From IMG/VR virus record IMGVR_UViG_3300042922_001182, positions 124,001 to 188,000 of that record: DNA of 64,000 nt; one strand, 5' to 3'. Shown here piece after piece: positions 37,201 to 46,069 of this stretch. Position numbers and translations under genes: made by a program. Numbering within the stretch: position 1 is the stretch's first letter; every line of letters begins with the position of its first letter. The notes beneath the pieces are model-generated. The model did not search any database and had not been told where the DNA came from. It was given only the letters and a program-made list of their open reading frames with translations.

Positions 37201-40200
37201 CTGGACGTGGAAGGGCCTGTCCCACCACACGAAGCGCTTCGGGGACTACCTGATGAGGGGCTCCGACACGATCGACCCAGAGACGGGAGAGCTCCTGAAG
37301 AAGGGCCTGCTGCGCCGCGCCTACGACAGCATCACCACCCACGCCAAGAACGCCTTCAACGCCAGCGGCGAGTGGCTCTTCGGCAAGACTGAGAACGGCG
37401 TCCGGACCAAGGACGGCATCTTCACCACCTCGATCAACTTCTTCAAGGGCGAGATCCTCGACCCCCTGAAGCACACCGTCATCGACAGCTGGAATCGCAT
37501 GCACAACTTCTTCATGGAGGGCGTCGTGGCCCCCCTGAAGGGCACCCTGCAGCCGTTCATCACGGAGTTCAAGCTCCAGTTCATGCTGTTCAAGAAGTGG
37601 GGCCACGACCTGTTCACCAACGGCATCAAGATCGTTAAGGACACCGTGGACGACCTGTTCCGCGACGTCTTCGGCAGGCCCCTCACCGACCTCATGAAGC
37701 AGTACGTCATCGATCCGCTGAAGGATGCCCTCAGGAGCATCAAGGACTTCATCGGCAACGTGCTGAAGAACATCATCCTCGCGCCCGTCAAGCTCATCCG
37801 TCAGGCCTCCGACAGCCTGAGGGAGCGGCACAAGGCCATGGGGATCAACTACGATGACAACCGCATCGTCGACATCTTCACCCCCGGTAAGAAGCCCAAG
37901 GGAACCAAGTCCCCCGGTGCGGCCAAGGGCGTGTGGCAGGGCATCGTCGACGCCTACAACGATCGCCGTAACACCGCCGCCCAGAGGCTCGAAGAGAGCA
38001 AGAAGCGTGCGGAGGAGGCGAAGCGCAAGCGCGACGAGGAAGAGGGCCCGGAGGCCACGGGCGGGAGCCCGGTGCCCAAGCCCACCCAGCCGAAGGGAGA
38101 CCCCGGCGGGGCCGCCGCGACCGTCCCCACGTCGCACATCGGCGAGGTGGAGCGCAACCCCATCCAGCGGACGATGGACGCCGTCAAGGAGTACATCCAC
38201 AAGCTGGACGAGCGGCTCATCCCAGACCTGCACTCCGTCAAGGCCTCCGGTGACAAGACGGCGGAGCACACCGGCAACATCGACCGTGGCATCGGCAGCG
38301 TCCTCACCCAGGTGGAGAGAATCGCCAGCACCATGCCCAGGACCCACGTCGGCGACGGCGTGAAGCACCTGGGAGGCTTCGGCGAGGGGGGCATGGAGAT
38401 CGGGACCCTTGAGAGGATCTCCGAGCACACCAGGCACCTCGGCCCCATCTCCGACATGGTGTACCACATCATGAAGACCGTTACCAAGGGCAAGGGCCCC
38501 AAGCGCGGTCTGCTCAGCATGTTCGGCAAGAAGGGCGAGTCCCATGACGACGTCGGTGCTCCGATGTTCTTCAGAGCCGTCAAGGGCATCATCACCTCCC
38601 CGGTGAAGTTCGCCAAGTGGGCCACCGAGACCATCGCCAAGAGCGGCCTCGGGAGCGTCGTCTCCAGCCTCATCCAGGCCCCCATCGCCCTGATGGACAT
38701 GGCCGTCAAGCTGACCACCGGCATCCTGCACGCCGTCGCCGAGTCCGTCAAGGCACTCGGGAGCGTCATCGCAGGTGCCGCCCAGATGATCACGGCCGGT
38801 CTCCAGGCCATCGGTCCCGCCATCGGCGGCATCCTGGGGACGATCACGGGCGTGGTGCGCGAGGGCGTCGGACTGGTGGCCGGTGCCACCAAGGAGCTCG
38901 GCATCGGCCTGGCCGGTGCCACCAAGGAGATCCTGGTGGGCGTCGGGCTCGCCGGTAAGGGCCTCCTCAACTCCCTCGGCATCCTCACCACCGGCATCGC
39001 CAAGACGACTGCGGAGCTCCTCCCGGCGCTCGGCAAGCTCGGCAAGGGAGTCCTGAACGTCCTCAACGCCCTGACCTTCGGCCTCGGCGGTAAGCTCATC
39101 GAGGGCGTCGGCGTCTCCGTCGGCAAGGCGCTCGGCCTCAAGGTCAGAGCCAGGCACGAGGTATTCGTCATCGGCGGCCACCTCGACTTGGTCAAGAAGG
39201 TCGGTCAGGTCCACCACGTCGGATCCGTCGGCAAGATCGGCGGCAAGGGCGTCCCCACGGCGGACGACGCCGTGGCCGACGTCAAGGCGGGCGGTGGCAA
39301 GATCGTCAACGGCATCAAGAACACCTTCTCCCAGATCAGTGCCCACATGACCGCCAGGGCGGAGACCAAGAAGAAGGAGGAGCTTGAGTTCAGGGTAGCG
39401 GACGCCACCATCCAGGGCGAGGCGCACCTCGAAGAGATCAAGAAGACCGGTAAGGGCATGATGAGCTGGCTCCCCCTGATCGGCACCGCGCTGACCGGGT
39501 TGGCCCAGTGGTTCATGGCCAGCAAGTTCGCCACCTCGGTGGCCGGAGCAGTTGCCGGGGCGTTCGCCAAGGGCCCTCTCCTGGAGAAGATGTCCAGCAT
39601 GTTCCGACGCAACGCCGCTCCTGCGGCGGTGGTCGCTGGCGGGGGCAACGACAACGACATCCTCGATGGCGTTGACGGCCCCGAGAGCGACAAGGACCGC
39701 AAGCAGCGGGAGAAGGACGAGAAGAACAAGCGCAAGGGGAACAGGAAGGCCGCCAAGGCCCGCCTGAACCGCATGCGCGGTGGCAGCTCCCTTCAGAAGG
39801 CCGGCAGCGCGGTCGGCGGCGGCATCAGGGCCGTCGGCGGCGGCATCGGCAGGGCGGCAGGTGGTCTGGGTAGGCTCGCTGGCGGTGCCGCGAGGCTAGC
39901 CGGTAAGGCCTTCATCCCCCTCTCCATCGCCATGGGCGCCATGGACACCTTCAGCGGTGCTATGGACGCTGGCAAGACCCTCGGTAAGGCGGAGAAGGAC
40001 GTGAACCTCGGCGACAGGATCGCGGGCGGCCTCGGCGGCCTGGCGACCGGACTGTCGCTCGGTCTCCTCGACCGCAAGCAGACCACCCAGCTCATCAGCG
40101 GCTTCATGTCCGGCTCCGCGAACCTCATGTCCGCAGCCGGTACCAAGATCGTCGAGTGGGGCAAGGGCGCTGTCAAGGGCGCCAAGGACCTCCACGCGTG

Positions 40201-42517
40201 GGCGGTCGACGGCTCGTCCAGCATCATGGCCGGGCTCTGGACCGGGACGGGCCACCTCCTCAGCGAGGCGGGCAAGCGCATGCAGGCCTTCTTCACTGAA
40301 AAGCTCCAGCAGGGCAGCGACATGCTCGGCCTGGGGGTGAAGGGAGGAGGTGACTTCGCCAGCACCCTGGGCGGTGCCGCTCAGTCCATCATGGGCAAGA
40401 TCGGCTCCAACCTGTCGGAGAACTGGACCCGCTACGACAAGATGCTCGGCGGCAACATCTACAAGGTCGGCGACGCGCTCACCAACATGGTCACCAACCT
40501 GTTGGACGCCACAGGGAAGCTCATCGGCAACATCAGCATCAAGATGGGCGAGATCGTCACCAACCTCGGCTCCAAGGGATTCGCCCAGCTCCTCGGTAAG
40601 GACCCCATCGCCACCTTCTTCGGCATGCTGATCAGCCCCGCTGGTACGCTGCTGTCGATGCTCATCAAGGGCATGTCCAAGGAGGGTGAGGGCGACCACA
40701 ACCACGAGGGCAAGGGCGGTCCGGTCAGCGACTTCTGGACCCGGACCAAGGAGGAGATCGTCAACTCCCCGGCCAACCTCGTCGACAACATCAAGAACAT
40801 CGTCGTCGGCAACGTCGACAGCAGCAAGGTCGCCACGGGGGAGTACTCCCAGGCCCCTTGGTTCGCATCGGCTAAGGGCCACAACCTGACCATCACGAGC
40901 GCCTGGGGCGCGAAGGAGGGTTTCAGGAACAGTGGTCACAAGGGCTGGGACTTCGCTGGCCCGATGAACACCCCCCTGGTCTCCCAGACGGACGGCGTCA
41001 TCACCTCGGTCTACACCGGGGCGAAGCCGGTCGGCCACCTGGGTAGCAAGGAGGGCGGTGGCTGGGGCAACCACGTCATCATCCAGGACCAGAACGGCGC
41101 CCAGCACGTCTACGCCCACCTGGCCTCGGTGGCCGACGGCATGCGAACCGGCAGGCAGGTCCGTAGGGGCGAGATCATCGGCTACCTCGGCACCAGCGGC
41201 CGGAGCACCGGTCCCCACCTCCACTACGAGATCATCCGTGGCAGCAAGAAGGTCAACCCGGCCGAGTACTTCGCGAAGGACGGCGCGGCCCTCCTCGCGG
41301 GGAGCAAGACCGTCGCGGAGCACGTCGAGGGCGCCAAGGAGGCCGTCGTCGGAGGTGCGAAGTCCCTGTGGAACATGTTCGAGTCCTCCCTCCATAAGAA
41401 CGAGGGTGGGGCCGGGGTGGCCTACAAGTTCTCCGACGCGCAGGTCGGCACCAGCGGACTCAGCTTCGGCAGGTCCCAGTTCGACATCAAAAACGGCAAC
41501 CACGATGCCAAGCTCCTGGCGATGGGCTTCTCCAAGGAGGAGATTGCCAGGCTGAAGGGCATCAGGCTCAACAAGAGCACCAGCGCCGGGGACAGGGCCT
41601 TCGTCGAGGAGGCCGCCAAGCGACTCCAGGCGAACAAGGCGCTCATCGACCAGTATGACAACCAGCAGACCGGCGGATTGCAGGATACCGCCCTGGAGAG
41701 GCTGCGCAAGCTGCCCCCCTCGGTCAAGATCAGCAACCCCAGCGTCGTGGCCCAGATGGCCGACGCCTTCAACCAGTACGGCGACGGCATCAGCTTCGAC
41801 GGCGTGCTCAACAAGAAGAGCGGCACCATCACTCCCGAGGACTTCCTCAACTGGAGGCTGAGCACGCTCTACGGCAGGAACAACCCGAGAGACGCCAGGC
41901 GCAGGTACGAGAACATCCAGAAGACCTTCACGGGTACCCAGGATGTCAACGTCACCGGCCAGAAGCTGTACGAGATGCTCAAGGGGCACGCTGGACAGCA
42001 GGCTATCATCAGCAACGGCAGCGCCGGGGGTCCCCCCGAGGACCGCATGCCGGGCATCATCAGCAACGGAAGCGCTGGCGGTCCCATCGACCCCCACATG
42101 CTCCCCTGGGACCAGAGGGCCCAGGATGCACTTCCCAAGCCTGTCACCTTCACCGACGAGGCCGCCGACAAGCTCAGCGCGGCCCTCGAAAAGAAGAAGG
42201 AGATCAGCGCAGCCTCGGCCACCAGTTCCGCCCTCGGCGGGGCCAACGCCGAGGTGGTCAGCATGCTCAAGCAGGTGCTAGGCTACCTGTCGGATATCAG
42301 CGGCAACACCGCAGAGACCGCCAGGAACACCTCCATGATCGAGGAGAACACTCAGCAGGCGCTCGCGCAGGCCGAGAAGCACAGGGTGACGGCGGACGCG
42401 TCCGGGGGCGAGGGCAAGGGCAACCCCTTCCTGAACCTCGGCAGCGAGAGCCCCCAGAGGAAGACTCAGGGGTCCATCGCCTCTCCCCTGGCCAGCACGA
42501 TCGCCAGAGGGGCCTAG
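34223..42517 (+). CDS. tape-measure-like tail protein with M23 peptidase and a putative lysozyme-like domain
   Basis: 2764 aa, helical with Trp/Phe-periodic repeats; M23 motifs HKGWDF, YAHL and STGPHLHYEI; downstream NEGG...KFSD...SGLSFGRSQFD domain. Confidence 0.85.
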   Translation: MINIQTYLRNMGASSLLSLRDVGKGLFPTLSENIDRNSDVIEQAFQLVQDTRKIRTSAGRMFDREEIKLAKTGFKNAIADLKSGNLYNEERMEADAGDFGGDGGFDESAFGGFDESAFSGDASDGGATAEESSSEGSAIDLDKLKDSQGQSLEVSAVTNNYRRTVNVLNRGSNGRVSDPMMQKLTTATNARLGQMLMTSVAVSQHQIHALQSIDGNLNKMQEFNLKHTTEFHKRSIDFYNIATVAATATQAAVEDIAQRSREQAERNEKFFNPRKKESQLESVYGSDGSFDFAAYHKLLLRKFDDDYGMFGNALGDMVKEFISSPLSSAMTSAIESSIPAAFRKAASEFDEVIAGIPAAILTQMNAWADDFDSPFLQKIGQFFGMKVGNKNNVNLSSYEKGEVPFDGMTRKSIVEVIPSLLAKILAAVKGEGRGKELIYDYDAGRFNTRGAVEREFEDGKRTARLDSMDGSKSKLIEGFNRANPNATSEQATIAQGEIENALNALSKRQHIIKTSGKFSMEEHLKAEGIGEQTVNFMKEAYSQMSPTEKHTLHKEIIASGISMDNYVNMRQASLDDSIRAASNDKLIRRQVTQIPGTTGGHTGGHGGPGGGPGTPGGGPLPGGPTLGHERPETAAIVGGQMPSHHVNMRGGDIPEEAFQYADGFMGTLQKIYRTPFDLAAKAMRGANVKIAEFFFGHQENPQGFLETMKLKLFGSEALGTKGIVGDLKQSLNDKVVDPLKRFLIGERDENGMLKGPPGFLDQTQAFFTDKLFNPTKEFLFGQGSTDADGNTVGKGILNSLWDGLKLHSLRFKDYLFREEEMMGEDGQMLKKGILKSFWEGMKVSGLKLNDWLFGPPTMAMDENGKTFIKKGVLRSFWDGTKQATEQLNKYLFGSADLVKDEASGKFVWKKGILRALWEDKIVPGWNNFGNYLFGTNREVTGPDGVKYMAKGILRGLWEDKIVPGWNRVNGYLFGTRTVTDENGNDVEKDGLMRWTWKGLSHHTKRFGDYLMRGSDTIDPETGELLKKGLLRRAYDSITTHAKNAFNASGEWLFGKTENGVRTKDGIFTTSINFFKGEILDPLKHTVIDSWNRMHNFFMEGVVAPLKGTLQPFITEFKLQFMLFKKWGHDLFTNGIKIVKDTVDDLFRDVFGRPLTDLMKQYVIDPLKDALRSIKDFIGNVLKNIILAPVKLIRQASDSLRERHKAMGINYDDNRIVDIFTPGKKPKGTKSPGAAKGVWQGIVDAYNDRRNTAAQRLEESKKRAEEAKRKRDEEEGPEATGGSPVPKPTQPKGDPGGAAATVPTSHIGEVERNPIQRTMDAVKEYIHKLDERLIPDLHSVKASGDKTAEHTGNIDRGIGSVLTQVERIASTMPRTHVGDGVKHLGGFGEGGMEIGTLERISEHTRHLGPISDMVYHIMKTVTKGKGPKRGLLSMFGKKGESHDDVGAPMFFRAVKGIITSPVKFAKWATETIAKSGLGSVVSSLIQAPIALMDMAVKLTTGILHAVAESVKALGSVIAGAAQMITAGLQAIGPAIGGILGTITGVVREGVGLVAGATKELGIGLAGATKEILVGVGLAGKGLLNSLGILTTGIAKTTAELLPALGKLGKGVLNVLNALTFGLGGKLIEGVGVSVGKALGLKVRARHEVFVIGGHLDLVKKVGQVHHVGSVGKIGGKGVPTADDAVADVKAGGGKIVNGIKNTFSQISAHMTARAETKKKEELEFRVADATIQGEAHLEEIKKTGKGMMSWLPLIGTALTGLAQWFMASKFATSVAGAVAGAFAKGPLLEKMSSMFRRNAAPAAVVAGGGNDNDILDGVDGPESDKDRKQREKDEKNKRKGNRKAAKARLNRMRGGSSLQKAGSAVGGGIRAVGGGIGRAAGGLGRLAGGAARLAGKAFIPLSIAMGAMDTFSGAMDAGKTLGKAEKDVNLGDRIAGGLGGLATGLSLGLLDRKQTTQLISGFMSGSANLMSAAGTKIVEWGKGAVKGAKDLHAWAVDGSSSIMAGLWTGTGHLLSEAGKRMQAFFTEKLQQGSDMLGLGVKGGGDFASTLGGAAQSIMGKIGSNLSENWTRYDKMLGGNIYKVGDALTNMVTNLLDATGKLIGNISIKMGEIVTNLGSKGFAQLLGKDPIATFFGMLISPAGTLLSMLIKGMSKEGEGDHNHEGKGGPVSDFWTRTKEEIVNSPANLVDNIKNIVVGNVDSSKVATGEYSQAPWFASAKGHNLTITSAWGAKEGFRNSGHKGWDFAGPMNTPLVSQTDGVITSVYTGAKPVGHLGSKEGGGWGNHVIIQDQNGAQHVYAHLASVADGMRTGRQVRRGEIIGYLGTSGRSTGPHLHYEIIRGSKKVNPAEYFAKDGAALLAGSKTVAEHVEGAKEAVVGGAKSLWNMFESSLHKNEGGAGVAYKFSDAQVGTSGLSFGRSQFDIKNGNHDAKLLAMGFSKEEIARLKGIRLNKSTSAGDRAFVEEAAKRLQANKALIDQYDNQQTGGLQDTALERLRKLPPSVKISNPSVVAQMADAFNQYGDGISFDGVLNKKSGTITPEDFLNWRLSTLYGRNNPRDARRRYENIQKTFTGTQDVNVTGQKLYEMLKGHAGQQAIISNGSAGGPPEDRMPGIISNGSAGGPIDPHMLPWDQRAQDALPKPVTFTDEAADKLSAALEKKKEISAASATSSALGGANAEVVSMLKQVLGYLSDISGNTAETARNTSMIEENTQQALAQAEKHRVTADASGGEGKGNPFLNLGSESPQRKTQGSIASPLASTIARGA

Positions 42518-42604
42518 CGGTACAATCGGAGGGGCGTAGGGGCCGGGAGACCGGTCCCTACGCTCAACTCTACAGTTCGGAAAACAAACCGAGGAGACAA
42601 GATA

Positions 42605-43960
42605 ATGCTCGATAAAGTAGTCAAGCCGGGGCTCCCCGGCACTGCGAAGCCTGGTGCCATTGAGACCGCTGATCCCAAGCAGCTCTCGAAGGTGATGGGG
42701 ATGCCCCACGTCTTCTCGGGGATGAGCGACCCCAGGGGGCGAGTCTACTCCAACACCATCATGGCGGACCTCCCGGTCCTCACCATCATCCCCGGGAAAC
42801 CGGCTATCAACACCCTCCTGCGGAAGGGACCAGATGGGAAGACACTCAGCGACAGTGAACTTTTGGAAGAGGTGAAGAAGAAGCTGAACTACAAGGAGGG
42901 CGGCGCCGACGAGACCTACGACTTCCTGGCGAAGGAGTGGTTCCACATGAAGAGCGACAGCAAGGGAGACGGTGGCAAGATCCCGGACATCCGCTACTTC
43001 TCCTTCCAAGCGGATTGGAAGGAGTACTTCGCCCACGTCACGGTCATGGTCGCTTTCCTCGCCGCACAGATGGGCCTGAAGAAGTTCTACAACTTCAACG
43101 ACGCCTTCGAGAAGCAGCTGATCGGCGGCGGCCTCCAGTACTTCGTGGACAAGGCGACCAGCATCACCGAGTCCGCCAGCAACGAGTACGGCGAGTCCGT
43201 CCTCTCGGTCACCAAGAGGGCCTCAGGCCTGGTCAACGAGCTGCGCATGATGCTCGGGACCGAGGCCACCGCCCCCGGTGAGGAGGACATGGCTGCAGCG
43301 GAGCGCGTCAAGGCGACCGAGGGCATGGTCGGTAAGATCATGGCCGGTTCCGGCGACATGATGCAGACCATCACGAGCGGCGCCAACCTGATCTACCCAG
43401 AGATCTGGAAGGACTCCAACTTCACCAAGAACTACAACATCACCATGAAGTTCAGCAGCCCCTACGGCGACCCTCAGAGCATCTTCGAGAACGTCTACAT
43501 CCCGTTCCTCAGCCTGCTCGCCCTGTCGCTTCCCAGGCAGTTCTCGGCTACCGGCTACAGCATGCCCATGGTGCTGAAGATGGGGTTCCCCGGGTGGTTC
43601 GCCTCCGACATGTGCATCGTCTCCGAGGTCTCCTTCAAGAGGGCCGAGGGCGACGACGACTGGGCGGTGAACGGGCTCCCGCTCTCCATCGAGGTCAACC
43701 TGACGGTGAAGGACCTCTACCCCACCCTCATGATCACCAAGAGCTTCCCCATGCTGACCTCCAACGTGGGCATGGCGATGTACCTCCAGAACATGGCCGG
43801 TATCCGCCTGGAGCAGCCCAACCTGACCGGCAACGTCCTGTCGTTCGTGGCTGACAAGTTCGGCTTCATCAGCAGGGGCGTCGAGAGCGTGAAGTCCACC
43901 GTGGGCCAGAACACCTCTACTGTGCTGAACGGTATCGGCAACTTCATATTCAACAAGTAG
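42605..43960 (+). CDS. baseplate/tail-tube-initiator-like protein
   Basis: Follows the tape measure; YPEIWKDS...SPYGD...LPRQ...GLPLSIEVNLTVKDLY tube-fold pattern. Confidence 0.6.
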   Translation: MLDKVVKPGLPGTAKPGAIETADPKQLSKVMGMPHVFSGMSDPRGRVYSNTIMADLPVLTIIPGKPAINTLLRKGPDGKTLSDSELLEEVKKKLNYKEGGADETYDFLAKEWFHMKSDSKGDGGKIPDIRYFSFQADWKEYFAHVTVMVAFLAAQMGLKKFYNFNDAFEKQLIGGGLQYFVDKATSITESASNEYGESVLSVTKRASGLVNELRMMLGTEATAPGEEDMAAAERVKATEGMVGKIMAGSGDMMQTITSGANLIYPEIWKDSNFTKNYNITMKFSSPYGDPQSIFENVYIPFLSLLALSLPRQFSATGYSMPMVLKMGFPGWFASDMCIVSEVSFKRAEGDDDWAVNGLPLSIEVNLTVKDLYPTLMITKSFPMLTSNVGMAMYLQNMAGIRLEQPNLTGNVLSFVADKFGFISRGVESVKSTVGQNTSTVLNGIGNFIFNK

Positions 43961-44020
43961 CGTCGCTTGCGTTAAGCGCTCGCCGAACCTAAGTATAAAC
44001 GGAAAATGGAGGGAGAAAGC

Positions 44021-44578
44021 ATGGCGAGCGAGAAAACTATTGAGCAGCTGATGGCCGACCCTAAGGTCATGGCCAAGGTCGATGCGTTTGTGGCTACCCT
44101 GGAGGAGAAGAACCCGTTCTACGAGCTGCGGTTCGAGTTCGAGGGAGTCCACGAGTCGGCCAAGAGGCCGAAGGCCTTCCGAAGGGGAGAGCACGTAAAG
44201 TTCTACGACCCTGGAGACAAGAGCAAGAAGGCCATCCGGGAGAGGGTCAAGGACGCGGTCGAGGCCCAGGTGGGCGGCGAGATGGAGATCCCCCGTGGCG
44301 AGTGCCACCTGAGGGCCGTCTACTACACCCAGACCCCTACGTCCTTCAACTCCGTCGATAGGGTCCTGGCGGAGCAGAAGATCCTTCGTCCGCTGGCTAA
44401 GCCGGACGTCGACAACCTCGTGAAGGAGTTCATGGACTCCTGCAACGGCCTCCTCTGGGAGGACGACGGCCAGGTGGTGTACGCCGGGCCGGAGAAGTAC
44501 TACTCGGAGAACCCCAGGATGGAGTTCACCGTCACGTTCCGGTGCGAGCCGGTCACTTCCAAGGTCAAGAAGGACTAG
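44021..44578 (+). CDS. rusA: RusA-like Holliday junction resolvase
   Basis: KPDVDNLVKEFMDSCNGLLWEDDGQVV signature. Confidence 0.9.
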   Translation: MASEKTIEQLMADPKVMAKVDAFVATLEEKNPFYELRFEFEGVHESAKRPKAFRRGEHVKFYDPGDKSKKAIRERVKDAVEAQVGGEMEIPRGECHLRAVYYTQTPTSFNSVDRVLAEQKILRPLAKPDVDNLVKEFMDSCNGLLWEDDGQVVYAGPEKYYSENPRMEFTVTFRCEPVTSKVKKD

Positions 44579-44590
44579 AGGTAAAGAGAG

Positions 44591-45115
44591 ATGCAGACCG
44601 TTTCGAGAAAGAAGCAGGACCTGACGAACGATCAGGTCAAGACCCTCCAGGCCCTCAAGGCCGCCAGGCGTCAGATCATGGGCTACCTGAAGCCAGAGTT
44701 CCTGGTGGAGACCATGCGCTCCACGGTGAACGCGGCCCCCACCATCAAGTTCATGTCGGCCAACGCCGAGAAGTTCATCAACGCCAAGAAGCCCATCCTC
44801 AAGCTCACGCTGGACAAGGAGGTGGCCCTGGCCGCGTACGGCGAGATCCCCACCTCCAGCGGCAAGGACGACGAGGAGGGCAACGAGGCCGTAGCCTCCT
44901 ACGTCTCCCACATCGTCTCCCAGGAGTTCATCAAGCCGTTCTCGGAGATCCTGCTCGATGCGGTCATCGAGAACTCCGAGGCGAAGGAGAAGATGCAGTC
45001 CATCGCCAGCGACGACCTTCCCGAGGAGACCATGAAGCGGTTCATCATGACCAGCATGTTCGGCCTCGGAGTCGACGTGGTCCACCTCGACTGCCTCGTC
45101 GAGTTCATGATCTAG
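44591..45115 (+). CDS. hypothetical protein
   Basis: ORF with RBS GAGGT, followed by a terminator. Confidence 0.75.
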   Translation: MQTVSRKKQDLTNDQVKTLQALKAARRQIMGYLKPEFLVETMRSTVNAAPTIKFMSANAEKFINAKKPILKLTLDKEVALAAYGEIPTSSGKDDEEGNEAVASYVSHIVSQEFIKPFSEILLDAVIENSEAKEKMQSIASDDLPEETMKRFIMTSMFGLGVDVVHLDCLVEFMI

Positions 45116-45121
45116 GAAAGA

Positions 45122-45163
45122 GAAGACCCCAACCGCCAGTCTGGCGGTTGGGGCTTTTCGTTT
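45122..45163. terminator. bidirectional terminator
   Basis: CCCAACCGCCAG/CTGGCGGTTGGG inverted repeat with A-rich and T-rich flanks between convergent genes. Confidence 0.75.
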
Positions 45164-46043
45164 AGCTGATCCGGTGCGAGGAGAACTGGCGGCAGAGGTC
45201 CTGCGCATGGCGGGGGCGCAGGGTCGAGAGGCGCATGGTGTTCAGCGACTCCAGCGCCGTGTACATGGCGACGGACTCGGCGAAGACCTTACGCATGTCG
45301 ACATCGGTACCCTCCTTGGCGAGCTTGACGGTGCCGTACATGATCGACCTGAAGAGGCTGGCCTCCTTGATCGACTTCACGAGGAACTTCTCCTTGGCGG
45401 CCTCGGTGAGGCTGGCCTCCAGCTCCTCGTTCTCGGCCTCGATCTCTCGCTCGCGCTTGACGACCTCGGTCACCTTCTTCTTGACGGTGGTGGCGACGGT
45501 CGTGGCCGCGCTCTCCACCAGGGCGGTGAAGAGGTTCAGCGCCTCGTCCTGGTCGGCGCCCTCGTTCACCACCGCGACGGCGACGTGCTCGCATGCGCGG
45601 TAGATGTCCCGGACGGTGGGGCTGGGCGAGCTGGCGAAGGCGCCGATGGTGAGGACGCCCTGCTTGAAGCACTCCTGGTAGAACGCACTGGCGTTCTCCC
45701 GGATGCTGTCGCCGTTGTCGATCATGTAGTCGGAGTCGAACACCAGCGACTCGACGTAGATCTCGCTCAGGGCCATGACGAGCGTCTGCTCCAGAAGGGC
45801 CTTCTTCTGGTGAAGCTGGTCCTCGCGCTCGCGACGGCGCTCGACGTGCTTCATGTTGACGGCGCTCTCGGCGAGCTCGCGCATCTGCATGTTGCGGCGG
45901 TCCTCGGACTCCGCCAGCTCGATCTCGCGCTTCTTCGCCTGGCTGTCGATGAAGGACTGGATGCCCTCCAGGAACCGGCTGTTCCGCTGGCCGTGGACGG
46001 TGTCGCCGAGGCGGACACCCTTGCTGTTGCTGGTAATAAGCAT
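45162..46043 (-). CDS. helical, probable virion (head-associated) protein
   Basis: RBS GAGGAG; coiled-coil character; several LxE sites; lies in a structural operon. Confidence 0.6.
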   Translation of the reverse strand: MLITSNSKGVRLGDTVHGQRNSRFLEGIQSFIDSQAKKREIELAESEDRRNMQMRELAESAVNMKHVERRREREDQLHQKKALLEQTLVMALSEIYVESLVFDSDYMIDNGDSIRENASAFYQECFKQGVLTIGAFASSPSPTVRDIYRACEHVAVAVVNEGADQDEALNLFTALVESAATTVATTVKKKVTEVVKREREIEAENEELEASLTEAAKEKFLVKSIKEASLFRSIMYGTVKLAKEGTDVDMRKVFAESVAMYTALESLNTMRLSTLRPRHAQDLCRQFSSHRIS

Positions 46044-46069
46044 GACCTATGCACTCCTCTCGCTTCGCT

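Noticed and set aside
34205-39427. 1740-aa minus-strand ORF and similar long opposite-strand ORFs (841-2634, 4861-6660, 20903-23284, 39896-42097, 62462-63988)
   Set aside because: Antisense shadows of real genes caused by high-GC3 codon usage; no RBS or motifs, and skewed V/L/D/G/H composition
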